Below are positions 48,409-58,171 of a DNA stretch of 64,000 bases, in pieces (the first letter of the stretch is position 1; each line of letters opens with the position of its first letter). The stretch comes from Candidatus Borrarchaeum weybense. GTDB lineage: Archaea; Asgardarchaeota; Sifarchaeia; Borrarchaeales; Borrarchaeaceae. Position numbers and translations under genes: made by a program. The stretch lies in contig JAHQJS010000007.1 in NCBI GenBank assembly GCA_019057385.1, forward strand, positions 32,001 to 96,000. Reading direction: 5' to 3'. The notes below the pieces were generated by a model. It did not search any database. It was not told the DNA's origin and saw nothing but the letters and a program-made list of their open reading frames with translations.

Positions 48409-49152
48409 CTAGACTCGACTTTTGATGCCAAATTGATAAACTTCAATATTATTTTCCTTACAGGCGACAATTCTACTCTCAGAAATTTCAATGCAGACAA
48501 TTGCCTTACGTATCTTTTCATGCGGTATACCAAATTTCTTGGCATATGGGATGGAGAATCGACTCACTTGCCCTATAGCAGCATCAGTTCCCTTAATCTC
48601 AATTTCAACCAACATGTGATTTTCCTTTGAATCAATAAAAACCATATCGATTACTCCACCCTCAACTTCAACTTCTCGAGATTCGTATTTTAACCCTTTT
48701 TCAATCATAGAAGGGAAGTTTGCTAAAATTCTATCAATATCCTCCTCAGATAAAGCCAGTTGTTCAAATCCTTCTATTTGGTCAGATTCAAGAAGTTTTT
48801 CTAGATAAAAACTTATCTCAAACTTCTGTCCTTTTCCGCCCTTTTCATTAGGAAAGATATGCCACGGTCGTTCTTGATCCATTACAAGAAGTATCGGTAT
48901 CTGATTTACATTCAATTTTTTACTTCTTGAGATTGGTAACATACCCCCTCCACTACTACTTACACGCACTTGTGCTCTTTGGCTCGCTTTTCTTATCTGA
49001 TCTAAGATTGTTTCAATTTCGGTTTCGCTAAGCATATTTGAGGTGATTATTTGATAATCGATTTGATGTTTTTCCTTAACTTTTTCTAATAGATCCTTAA
49101 TATCCCTTAGATTTTCATAGTTTTCTTTGATGTAAAGAACATGTTTTCTCAT
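48409..49152 (-). CDS. Protein with C-terminal NucS-like PD-(D/E)xK domain
   Basis: SEEDIDRILANFPSMIEKGL...REV...GVIDMVFID...LVEIEIK...AIGQV. Confidence 0.75.
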   Translation of the reverse strand: MRKHVLYIKENYENLRDIKDLLEKVKEKHQIDYQIITSNMLSETEIETILDQIRKASQRAQVRVSSSGGGMLPISRSKKLNVNQIPILLVMDQERPWHIFPNEKGGKGQKFEISFYLEKLLESDQIEGFEQLALSEEDIDRILANFPSMIEKGLKYESREVEVEGGVIDMVFIDSKENHMLVEIEIKGTDAAIGQVSRFSIPYAKKFGIPHEKIRKAIVCIEISESRIVACKENNIEVYQFGIKSRV

Positions 49153-49325
49153 ATCTACTCACTTTATTTTACGACTTCGCATTGTGTTTTTGGATGATTA
49201 AATAAAAGGAATCACTAAATAAAAGGAATCACTTTCTCTGAATTAGAAAGTTTGATAATTGAGGGAAATTTTCAAATTCTTGATACTGTAAACATGTATT
49301 ATTATTCTACACCAAAATTGTTTAT

Positions 49326-50682
49326 GGTAACTATTTCGCAAGAAGACCCCTCAACTTGTTAGGGGGGATGAATTGCGTTTTCACTTTCACCATAGTGTCC
49401 CCAATCTTTAAATAGGTTTTTGCGTCTAGTACATCTAATAAAATGAATAACAGAGGGAAAACAGGGATAGGTGTGATGAAACGGACTTACAGATATCGCC
49501 TGTACCCGACCACACAACAGGCGACTACTTTAACTCAATGGCTCACTACCTGTCGACTGTTGTACAACAACGGTCTTGCCGAGCGGAAAAACGCATGGGA
49601 AACTTATAAAAAATCAGTTACCTATGGTGAGCAAGCTAATCAACTGAAAGGCGCTAAAAAGACCAACCAGTTTTTACAAGCAGTTCATTCTCAGGTACTC
49701 CAAGACACACTGAGAAGACTGGATAAGACTTTTAACAACTTTTTTAGACGCATCAAGAAGGGTGAGAAAGCAGGTTACCCGCGATTTAAGGGGAAATACC
49801 GATATGACTCTTTTACCTACCCGCAAAGTGGGTTCACCCTCGATTACCGCAAGAAGAAACTCCGCCTCTCGAAGATTGGAGCTATCACCATTAAACTACA
49901 CCGTCCTATCCCCTCTGAAGGCGTGATCAAGACCTGTACCATCAAACGCGATGTCGACCACTGGTATGCTTGTTTTTCAGTAGAACTTCCCAATCATGAG
50001 TCCCAGAGAAAGCTACAGAAAGCGATAGGGGTAGATGTTGGGCTGAAGAGTTTACTGACGTTAAATAATGGGGAGACCATAGCTAACCCCCGCTGGTTGA
50101 GAACGTCAGAGAAGAAAGTAGCCAAAGAGCAGCGAAGGAAAGACAGGAAGGTTAAGGGCTCAAATAACCGCTACAAGCAGAACAAAAAGGTAGCACAGGT
50201 ACATAGGAAGATACACTATCAACGAAAGGACTTTCATCACAAGCTCAGTCGGAAATTGGTCGATAACTATGACCTAATTGTGTATGAGAACTTAAAGATC
50301 ACCAACATGGTCAAAAACCATCATGTAGCTAAGTCGATTAGTGACGCAGGATGGGGACAACTAATGTGTTTTACGGAGTACAAAGCGGAGGAAGCTGGTA
50401 CTCTCGTAGAATATGTGAGTGCCTATAATACCACACAACTGTGTAGCCAGTGCGGGAAGCTGGTGCCGAAAACACTGGCAACACGAATCCACAGCTGTCC
50501 TTACTGTGGACTGGTGTTAGCTAGAGACCATAATTCTGCCATCACGGTGTTACACCGATCAACCCGCTATTTAGAATCACTGTCATCATCAGGGCAGGGA
50601 CTGCCCGTCGAGCCTGTTTGACATGTCCCGTTGGGGAATGGAGGATACAGGAAGCCACCCTACTTGTAGGGTGGTAGTTCAC
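49326..50682 (+). mobile_element. IS200/IS605-family element carrying tnpB only (IS1341-like), no tnpA
   Basis: TTTAT at 49321-49325, left-end hairpin, tnpB ORF, right-end hairpin CCACCCTACTTGTAGGGTGG followed by TAGTTCAC. Confidence 0.92.
49443..50621 (+). CDS. tnpB: TnpB RNA-guided endonuclease (probable start 49476, MKRTY)
   Basis: YRYRLYPT, GYPRFK, RuvC GVDVG / VYENL / RDHNSA all intact, Zn finger CSQCG...CPYCG. Confidence 0.95.
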   Translation: MNNRGKTGIGVMKRTYRYRLYPTTQQATTLTQWLTTCRLLYNNGLAERKNAWETYKKSVTYGEQANQLKGAKKTNQFLQAVHSQVLQDTLRRLDKTFNNFFRRIKKGEKAGYPRFKGKYRYDSFTYPQSGFTLDYRKKKLRLSKIGAITIKLHRPIPSEGVIKTCTIKRDVDHWYACFSVELPNHESQRKLQKAIGVDVGLKSLLTLNNGETIANPRWLRTSEKKVAKEQRRKDRKVKGSNNRYKQNKKVAQVHRKIHYQRKDFHHKLSRKLVDNYDLIVYENLKITNMVKNHHVAKSISDAGWGQLMCFTEYKAEEAGTLVEYVSAYNTTQLCSQCGKLVPKTLATRIHSCPYCGLVLARDHNSAITVLHRSTRYLESLSSSGQGLPVEPV

Positions 50683-50702
50683 GGTTGCAAAGAAGCTGTG
50701 AT
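50530..50702 (+). ncRNA. Predicted TnpB omegaRNA (scaffold overlapping tnpB 3' end, guide GGTTGCAAAGAAGCTGTGAT); 5' end approximate
   Basis: Established TnpB organisation; hairpins GGGCAG-GGA-CTGCCC and the right-end stem are conserved in three copies, and similarity stops abruptly after TTCAC. Confidence 0.75.
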
Positions 50703-50774
50703 CCCAATACTTGTGACCTGATGGAACAAAACTTCTGATATTACTCTCAATCCATTTATTAAGGTAAGCACATA

Positions 50775-51794
50775 ATGAGTTCCAATAATGATCCTGTGGA
50801 TTTCAGGGGAGAAAAAATTACTCAAGTAGAAGTAGATATTATTACAAGATTAGAAGAGAAATTAGGGTTTATAATACCTATTGTTAATAAAGTAGAACCG
50901 AGTTCAATTGGATTCGTAGTTGAAAATACTAATATTATTGAATTGGGTTTGGGTAAGAAAAAAATCGAAGAATTTCCTGAAGAAATTAATGAATTGAATG
51001 AATTGAAATCATTAGAGCTAATGGATAATAAAATAACTCAAATTCCAGACAGTATACAGAAATTACAAAAATTGGTGAACCTGAATCTTCATGGGAATAA
51101 ATTAAAAACCTTACCTGATACAATTGGTAAGCTGACCAATTTAACATATTTAAGTCTTGGATCAAATTTAATTAATCATCTACCAGAGGGAATAGCTGGT
51201 TTAATACACCTTGAAACATTGATTTTGACAAGTAATAAGCTCAAGAGATTACCTGATTCAATATGTGATCTTCCTTCGCTTCAGTTTCTTTATCTTCATA
51301 ACAATCAAATAATAGAATTACCAGATAATTTTGGAAAATTATCTGCAATGATACAATTGTATTTAAGCAAAAATAAATTGAAAACCATACCTGATAGTAT
51401 TAATTGGATGATTCAATTAAAACGATTATATTTGCAAGAGAATCAGTTATTATCTCTACCTAATATTAGCAACTTGAAGAATTTAGAAGCTCTGTGGCTT
51501 GAAAACAACAATTTAGAAGTTCTACCTGATGGTTTATGTAACCTTAACAAATTAGTCAGACTACGACTTGCATTTAATGAGCTAGAAAACTTACCTGAGT
51601 GTTTTGGAGATTTACAGTCTTTATCTGAACTAATTTTACGTGGAAATAATTTGACAACATTACCAGATTCTATTGTTAATATTAGAACTATTAAAATGTT
51701 GTATTTGGATAACAATCCGCTATTTGAGTTTTCCTCAAGCATTTCAAGATGGTTATCTGGTATTAAAATGCTTGGAGGAGTTGTTTGTCATTAA
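50775..51794 (+). CDS. Leucine-rich repeat protein
   Basis: 23-aa LPxxIxxLxxLxxLxLxxNxL repeats. Confidence 0.93.
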   Translation: MSSNNDPVDFRGEKITQVEVDIITRLEEKLGFIIPIVNKVEPSSIGFVVENTNIIELGLGKKKIEEFPEEINELNELKSLELMDNKITQIPDSIQKLQKLVNLNLHGNKLKTLPDTIGKLTNLTYLSLGSNLINHLPEGIAGLIHLETLILTSNKLKRLPDSICDLPSLQFLYLHNNQIIELPDNFGKLSAMIQLYLSKNKLKTIPDSINWMIQLKRLYLQENQLLSLPNISNLKNLEALWLENNNLEVLPDGLCNLNKLVRLRLAFNELENLPECFGDLQSLSELILRGNNLTTLPDSIVNIRTIKMLYLDNNPLFEFSSSISRWLSGIKMLGGVVCH

Positions 51795-51990
51795 AGTTTT
51801 ATAATTCATTTATATCGAGTCTTTTGCTCTTCCCCATAACCGAGTGACCTTAAAATCAGGGCCAGGGAAAATGGAAGGATGCACTGAGTGTTTTAAATCT
51901 GAATGTGAAAATTATCGAATTATATTTACGCGACAGAAAAAGTAAAGGCTGGATCAAGGGATCGTCATAGCACTTTACTTTAAAAAATTA

Positions 51991-52248
51991 ATGTGGAGAA
52001 AAGCAATGAATAAAGGTACAAAAACAGGATGGGATCTCAGTTTTTGTGGATTAAATTGTGCAGCATGCGAAATTTATCTCGCGTCACATGGTGATGATGA
52101 ACTACATGATAGACTAGTTGAATTCTTTAAAAAAAATTTTGATTCAAGCATTACTTCTGTATCTTGTGAAAGGTGTAGAGGTGTGACAGATAAGTGTTGG
52201 ACTTCTGATTGCCACTTCCGAACCTGTGCTACTGAACAAGGATTTTAG
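51991..52248 (+). pseudogene. 3'-truncated DUF3795-like Cys-rich protein
   Basis: CGLNCAAC...CERCRG...CHFRTCATEQG stops before the usual further Cys cluster, at the junction with a truncated convergent gene. Confidence 0.6.
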
Positions 52249-52426
52249 CTCTTTGGCTTGCCATTCTTATCTGATCCAAGATACCCTCAATATCAGTTTT
52301 ACTAAGCATATCAGAAGTAACTATTTGATAATCAACTTGATGTCTCTCTTTAACTTTTTCTAATAGATCTTCAATAAGTCTTAAATCTTCATAGTTTTCG
52401 GAAATGTAAAGCACGTGTTTTCTCAT
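52229..52426 (-). pseudogene. Truncated paralog of the 5' part of 48409-49152
   Basis: MRKHVLYISENYEDLRLIEDLLEKVKERHQVDYQIVTS versus MRKHVLYIKENYENLRDIKDLLEKVKEKHQIDYQIITS; similarity ends after ASQRA. Confidence 0.85.
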
Positions 52427-52491
52427 ATCTACTCACACAATTTTCAGAGAATTCACATTGAGTTTTAGCTGATTCAGTGAATAATGAGCTG

Positions 52492-53610
52492 CTAAAGGTT
52501 CTTAATCATATCGACAAATATATCCCGCAATTCTTCGAATCTACCAATTGGCAGCCTTTGTAATGCTCTTAATAGTAGATGTGACTGATCTTCAAGAATG
52601 AATGAAGCTGTTTGAACATATTTATTCTCAAGAACAGTCAATCTAAGATCTTCATCAATCATTTCGAATAAAATCTCATCGTAAAACTTTTTGGCTTCTT
52701 TCTTGCCATTTATTTTATCTTTAAGAAGTGTTGCTAGCAAAAAATCAAAACCAAAACGCTGCATATCCTCAGGATCTACTTGCTCAACATTAATTAAGCC
52801 GAACATTAAGTTTGTTGCTTGCTCAAATAATTGCGACGTGGTTTTTAATAATTCGCCCCGTTCTGAGGTGCTCAAAAGTGTAGCTTTTAAGAGATTTTCA
52901 GCCGCCATGTGAATAAGCCTTGCTTTTACGTTTACAGCTACAGCATCAAAATCTTTGAAGTCGGTCATAAGATCCCTTAAACTATCGATCTCCGAAAGTA
53001 ATATTTCAGCCAACTGTTTATATCCTTCAGAGGCTTTTTCAAATTGATTTCTTCTCACGAAATCGGAGAGTTTGCTTTCTATTTCGAGAACTGATTTCTC
53101 CATTTTATGGTGAAGTTCAACTGCCTTCAAAATTAATTGTTCTTCTTTATCGAGTTCTGACAAAGTAGAAGTATAATATGAATATGCAGCCTTAAGAAGG
53201 CATGCCACAGAGACATCGCGATATTCTTCAAGATTTGACATTGCATAGTGTTGAAATGCCTTCTCATAGTAATATGCACTCTGTTCAATATCGTTCATGT
53301 CATACGCCGCATTTGCACAGAACATAAGAACTTCGCCAGAGATTTCTGGTACATTCGCGTCATTTAAATCATTTGCCAGTTCATTTGCTTTCTCTAGGAT
53401 GTAGTAAAGATATTTTGTTCCTTTTTCGAGAAGGACTGACATGGAAATAAACGCTTCTCTTGAAAAATAATACTTTCCGGTTTCAATGAACGCCTTTGCT
53501 GCTTGGAAGTAGTTTTCCGCGGCATTTTCAAAGTCATCGTCTTTCAAATAGGTATTTGCACGTTCCATCAGTTCTTCTGCAGTTAAACTTGAACCCAAAA
53601 CATCACACAC
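52492..53610 (-). CDS. Helical-repeat protein, alpha-SNAP/TPR-like
   Basis: AEELMERANTYLKDDDFENAAENYFQAAKAF, SAYYYEKAFQHY, VACLLKAA. Confidence 0.7.
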   Translation of the reverse strand: MCDVLGSSLTAEELMERANTYLKDDDFENAAENYFQAAKAFIETGKYYFSREAFISMSVLLEKGTKYLYYILEKANELANDLNDANVPEISGEVLMFCANAAYDMNDIEQSAYYYEKAFQHYAMSNLEEYRDVSVACLLKAAYSYYTSTLSELDKEEQLILKAVELHHKMEKSVLEIESKLSDFVRRNQFEKASEGYKQLAEILLSEIDSLRDLMTDFKDFDAVAVNVKARLIHMAAENLLKATLLSTSERGELLKTTSQLFEQATNLMFGLINVEQVDPEDMQRFGFDFLLATLLKDKINGKKEAKKFYDEILFEMIDEDLRLTVLENKYVQTASFILEDQSHLLLRALQRLPIGRFEELRDIFVDMIKNL

Positions 53611-53667
53611 TCAAAGAAATCATTTTCTGATCAAAGGTGAACCCAGTAGTCTTATAGAATAAAAAAA

Positions 53668-54546
53668 CTACATATGATTTAACCATTTTGGTCGAAGTTT
53701 TTTAGTCTGTGGGTCTTTAAGGCGTTGTTCCAATAATTTAAGCATTCCAGGAAGATCTTCTGGCAGTTTACCTTCAAAATTTTCATAGTTGCTAATATGA
53801 TCATTAAACACTTCACTGGTTACGTGCGATTCTATCCTTTTCAGGATGTTGTAGAGCTCAAGAATAGTCTCAAAAGGAGTAAGTCTTTGGAATTTACCAG
53901 ATTTCAATTCATCATATAGAGGAGCACATGGGAACAAATTCAGCGTCCTGAATCGAAATATTGGAGGATTTATCTCATTTAAAACATCAGCAGTCTCCTT
54001 TGCGTGAATCTCGGTATGTTCTTTACCTCCGAGTCCTAAAATCACGTACAACGAAAGCCGAAATCCCGCTTCAATTGCCTTCTTAGCGGCCTTTATCATC
54101 ATTCTTGCTGTAGTTCCTTTATTCATAAGTTTTAAGACTAGGTTACTCCCTGATTCCAAGCCCACGTACAATGTAACTAATCCTGCTTCTCTTAATTTCT
54201 TTAATTCCGCGGGTGTTTTCTTAAGCAGATCGTGGTTCTTGGCATAACAAGAAATGTGTTCGACTGGAAATCTTTGCTTTATTCGATCGATTACTTCAAT
54301 TAGTAAGTCGGTTGGTGCCGACAAGGCGTTTCCACCAGCAAGAAATACTCTTCCATTCCAACCGTAATTTTGTGCCCATAGTTCAATGTCATTGAAAATT
54401 TCCTCTTTGGATCGAACTCGATAGTCTTGCACTCCTTTGTAAACACTGCAGAATCTGCAGTTATTCCAAGTGCAACCCTCCGTTACTCCAATGAGAACCG
54501 AGTGTGCTTCAACTGGAGGACGTATTATAACACCTTTTACTGTCAT
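53668..54546 (-). CDS. Radical SAM protein
   Basis: GCTWNNCRFC, FLAGGNAL, YVGLESG, ILGLGG. Confidence 0.92.
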   Translation of the reverse strand: MTVKGVIIRPPVEAHSVLIGVTEGCTWNNCRFCSVYKGVQDYRVRSKEEIFNDIELWAQNYGWNGRVFLAGGNALSAPTDLLIEVIDRIKQRFPVEHISCYAKNHDLLKKTPAELKKLREAGLVTLYVGLESGSNLVLKLMNKGTTARMMIKAAKKAIEAGFRLSLYVILGLGGKEHTEIHAKETADVLNEINPPIFRFRTLNLFPCAPLYDELKSGKFQRLTPFETILELYNILKRIESHVTSEVFNDHISNYENFEGKLPEDLPGMLKLLEQRLKDPQTKKLRPKWLNHM

Positions 54547-54786
54547 GACGCCTACCTTTTGGACTTTTCAGTTTTTCATATTCTCAGGATCTTAAAAAAG
54601 ATTATCTATCTCGAAGCAAACACATTGACATTTTCTCCTGTTTTTCAAACATAATTTTGTCGGCTAATTTTGGCTAATTATTGTTTTTCTTCGGATAGCT
54701 CTTTTAGCTTTCATTTGTACGATGGTCTCTCTAGAATTATAAACAATAGTACTAATTAAAACGAAAAGCACAAAATAAGAAAGGAA

Positions 54787-55026
54787 GTGATAGTTTTCAC
54801 CGAGCTTATTGCATATGATGAGCGTTGCCTCATTTATCCAATCAAAATAACTAGTATTTTTCACCCTGAAGAAGATCCAGAGATAGTTATAATCGAAGTT
54901 GATTCACTGGAAGAACTAAGGTTGATTGCTGAGGGTTTTCAAAAACCACTTCTATATGATGAAAACCATTTTCTTGTTATTTTTGATAAAGATATTCACT
55001 ATAGAACTAAAAAACCTTCTCTATAG
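54787..55026 (+). CDS. Small hypothetical protein
   Basis: 79-aa ORF after AGGA; globular-like composition. Confidence 0.5.
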   Translation: MIVFTELIAYDERCLIYPIKITSIFHPEEDPEIVIIEVDSLEELRLIAEGFQKPLLYDENHFLVIFDKDIHYRTKKPSL

Positions 55027-55256
55027 CGAGCTGTGATCTTAAATTCAAACAACAGCTGTTTGAATTTCTTATAGAATTGCCCTAAAAGGCACTTTTTGTT
55101 TTTTCTGATTTTTCTACTACTTTTCCTATGAAATAAGCTAAATTTACAGCGGCCAGTCGGAGTTGAATTATTAGGTTCGATGAAAATGCCACTTCAAATA
55201 AACTAATAAGGTGACTACACAACTACTAGCACAAAGTTGGAATCGATGGGATTTCT

Positions 55257-55520
55257 GTGCCTGAAAAAGTCTTCTATTCACCCGAATTGACAAATCGTAA
55301 TTATTGTCACAACTGCAAGATCTGTATAAATGTCTGCCCAGTCAAAGCCCTTAAAAAGACGGTTTTAGACATTGAAGTGGATCGTAAAATTTGTGCAGAA
55401 TACGTTTTATCGATCGATGAGTGTATTAGATGTGCTGCTGCATGTCCACAGGGTATTATTAAATTAGTTCCCTTTGTTATTGCAGATGATGGACAAATAA
55501 AACGGGTTGAATCTGCCTAG
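55257..55520 (+). CDS. 2[4Fe-4S] ferredoxin-like protein
   Basis: CHNCKICINVCP and CxxxxxxxxxCIRCAAACP. Confidence 0.85.
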   Translation: MPEKVFYSPELTNRNYCHNCKICINVCPVKALKKTVLDIEVDRKICAEYVLSIDECIRCAAACPQGIIKLVPFVIADDGQIKRVESA

Positions 55521-55737
55521 TTTGTCTTCTCTCTCTCCAAAAATAGGTTTTTTCTCGGCAGTATCTATAAATAGTGATTTAAACAGATATCATTTTAAAA
55601 TAAGAAATTGGTGTACAAAGTTAGAATTATTCGTTTGCTACTCGCATAAGGCATTCGATGGAAAATATTAATCGACAACATTCTCTACCCTCTATTCGAA
55701 TAATTCTAAATCTTAAATAAAGAGTAAAGGCGATTTA

Positions 55738-56043
55738 ATGCCTAGAACAAAAAAAGACACTAAGAATGAGAAGAATATTAAACCATACGTAACTAAAACG
55801 ATTCCCTTTAGCCGTGTTGATGTACGTATTATTGAACATTTAGTTAATCAAGGTGTATTTACCAGCTTCAGTGACTGTGTCCGAACTGCCGTTAGAGATT
55901 TTTTATATGCGCGGGTGGAAACGAATATCAAGGACGAACTTGTAGGTTTGCAAGGGGACATGATTTTTGACAGAGAGGCTATTAAAATGATGCTATCTGA
56001 CCATCTTACAAGAATGGATAAGCGTAGAACAAGAAAAGAGTAA
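55738..56043 (+). CDS. Ribbon-helix-helix (CopG/Arc/MetJ) protein
   Basis: TKTIPF...IEHLVNQGVFTSFSDCVRTAVRDFL. Confidence 0.8.
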   Translation: MPRTKKDTKNEKNIKPYVTKTIPFSRVDVRIIEHLVNQGVFTSFSDCVRTAVRDFLYARVETNIKDELVGLQGDMIFDREAIKMMLSDHLTRMDKRRTRKE

Positions 56044-56241
56044 TGTGCTTATTTTAAAAACTCTTGGTGTTGTAGGTTATTCTAAATATTTTTTTGAGTG
56101 TTAGATACTGAAGGAGTTAATCTTAAAGAGCGAAAACTGTCTAATAACATAACCTTTAAAAGTATACTCTTTAGACTTTACATGCAAGTCTAAAGTCAGA
56201 GTTTAATTCTCTGAAAAGTAAAAAACAGATGAGTGAAAAAA

Positions 56242-56514
56242 ATGGGTAAAAAGAGAAAGTCAGGCGGAAGATCAAAAGGTAAAAAAGGGGCGTCCACTAG
56301 GGTTCAATGTAGTTTCTGTGGTAAACTTGTTCCTAGAGATAAAGCTAAGAAAGTAACAAAATATGTCACGCTGGTCGATCCGCGTATTTCGAAGGAATTA
56401 AGGCAACAAGGGGCTTTTATACCTCGAAGACGGGTCACAAAAACTGCTTGCGTATCATGTGCTGTGCATAAAGGAATGGTTAAAGTCAGGGCTAAAAATG
56501 AACGAAAAGATTAA
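56242..56514 (+). CDS. rps26e: 30S ribosomal protein eS26
   Basis: MGKKRKSGGRSK, VQCSFCGKLVPRDKAKK, CVSCAVH...VKVR. Confidence 0.95.
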   Translation: MGKKRKSGGRSKGKKGASTRVQCSFCGKLVPRDKAKKVTKYVTLVDPRISKELRQQGAFIPRRRVTKTACVSCAVHKGMVKVRAKNERKD

Positions 56515-56578
56515 AAAAACTAATTAACAGGCAAAAAAGTGCAAAAAATACTCCTCCTATCACAGGTGATGATTTTAT

Positions 56579-56818
56579 ATGCCAAAAGACAAACCTGAGT
56601 TTTTTGTCCGAGTTGAGCCGGAACTTTGCAAAGGCTGTGGCCTCTGTGTTGCATTTTGTGGAAGAGACGCCCTTAAGATGTATGATGATTTAAAAAGTGG
56701 TAAACGCGTACCACAAGTTGTTAATATGGAACGCTGTAATGGATGCAGGCTCTGTGAATGGTATTGTCCTGATTTTGCCATATACATTGTTGAAAAGGTA
56801 GCAGCAAAAGCAATCTAA
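56579..56818 (+). CDS. 2[4Fe-4S] ferredoxin (2-oxoacid oxidoreductase delta-subunit-like)
   Basis: CKGCGLCVAFC and CNGCRLCEWYCPDFAI. Confidence 0.9.
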   Translation: MPKDKPEFFVRVEPELCKGCGLCVAFCGRDALKMYDDLKSGKRVPQVVNMERCNGCRLCEWYCPDFAIYIVEKVAAKAI

Positions 56819-56986
56819 TTTACTCTGCTTAGCTATTTCTACTTGACTTCAAGTTATAATTAAACCTGTATTCTATTCTATTATTTTTGAAAAATTTCAA
56901 AATTTGCAAAACAGAAATACAAAAAAAGATGTATTTTTTAATTAAATTAAGTAAACCATAACAAGACCTGAATTACGGATGATATT

Positions 56987-58171
56987 ATGGACTGCAGATA
57001 TCTTCAGAGGGAAGAAGATAGAATATTTTGTCAGTTAAAGAACTCTCAAATTACAAAAAAATATGTAAGGCGCGTTTGTATACATCATGAAGACTCAGCA
57101 ACTTGCATTAAAGCAGTGGAAGCATTTCAAGAGGCCGATCGTTTAGCAGAAAACAATAATATTTCCTGTTTGACTTTATATCGTGAAGCGTCTGCCCTTT
57201 TTGCAAGTCCTCAGCTTAAGGATTTTTTAAAAGCTATTCTTAGTCGAATAAAATTGATTATGTTTCAAAAAAAGCATGAGTACTATGATCAAGCTCTTCA
57301 GGAAGCCAAAGAAGTAAAAGAGTTATACAACAATGCTTTGAAATCTACGCCTTCCTTAAGAAGTTCAGATATTGGTGAAAAAATCGCATCCTTAGAACAA
57401 TCGCTCCAAGTCTCATATAATCAATCAAAAGAAAGTGGGGGTTTAGTACGACCAAGTGCAGTACTTCAAACAATTTCAGAAATGCAAGTTGAAGCAGCAG
57501 TTGGTCATGCAAAGCATTATTCCATAGAAGAAGCTCTTACGAAAGAAATTGAAACTGTGATTGAACAAGAGGTTACAGGAAAAGTCACTCCCGAACCACC
57601 CTCTGAACCTACAGAGACAAGCCCTGCAACTGAAGTGAGTGTTACTACAACAGAAGTAGGTGAAACAACAGAAGAAGTTCCTACGGTAGAAATGCCTACA
57701 GTAGAAAATGAAATTACAATCGACACACTTACTACAGAAGCGGGTGGTATTATTGAATCAGTTGAGACAATAGAAGAGGCTGATTCCAGTATGGGTTTCT
57801 TGCCTCATTATAGAGAAAAGGCAGAAAATTATGAAAAACTTGCAAAAAAACAAATTTCAGAAGGCAAAATAGCTGCAGCTGCAAAATATACTGCATTATC
57901 TTCAATTTCATGGATACTTGCAGGAAATCCTCAGGAAGGACTCATAACATTAAATAAGCTTCTTAAAGAGAGCAAGGGGAAAAGACAAGCTGTAAAAAAA
58001 GAATCGATCTTTATCATAGCACGTTCCCTTATTCTTGCTAGTTTTAATAAAGATATGGGGAAATTCTATGAAGCAGAATTACTAATAAGACAGTTGAAAA
58101 ACGACTATTCAGATGAGGAAATGGAACTAATTGGCCAAGGTCTAAAAACAGTTCAAGAATTAATTGAATGA
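56987..58171 (+). CDS. Hypothetical protein: Cys-rich N-terminus, helical repeats, Glu/Thr/Pro-rich linker
   Basis: Four N-terminal Cys; PEPPSEPTETSPATEVSVTTTE linker; KAENYEKLAK helices. Confidence 0.75.
   Translation: MDCRYLQREEDRIFCQLKNSQITKKYVRRVCIHHEDSATCIKAVEAFQEADRLAENNNISCLTLYREASALFASPQLKDFLKAILSRIKLIMFQKKHEYYDQALQEAKEVKELYNNALKSTPSLRSSDIGEKIASLEQSLQVSYNQSKESGGLVRPSAVLQTISEMQVEAAVGHAKHYSIEEALTKEIETVIEQEVTGKVTPEPPSEPTETSPATEVSVTTTEVGETTEEVPTVEMPTVENEITIDTLTTEAGGIIESVETIEEADSSMGFLPHYREKAENYEKLAKKQISEGKIAAAAKYTALSSISWILAGNPQEGLITLNKLLKESKGKRQAVKKESIFIIARSLILASFNKDMGKFYEAELLIRQLKNDYSDEEMELIGQGLKTVQELIE

Noticed and set aside
26351-50682. Dispersed repeats read as a CRISPR array
   Set aside because: The copies are kilobases apart, with no repeat-spacer periodicity and no cas genes; they are IS605 ends.
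50683-50702. Possible in-window targets for the three omegaRNA guides
   Set aside because: By eye I found no second TTTAT-adjacent match; a proper genome-wide search is still needed.
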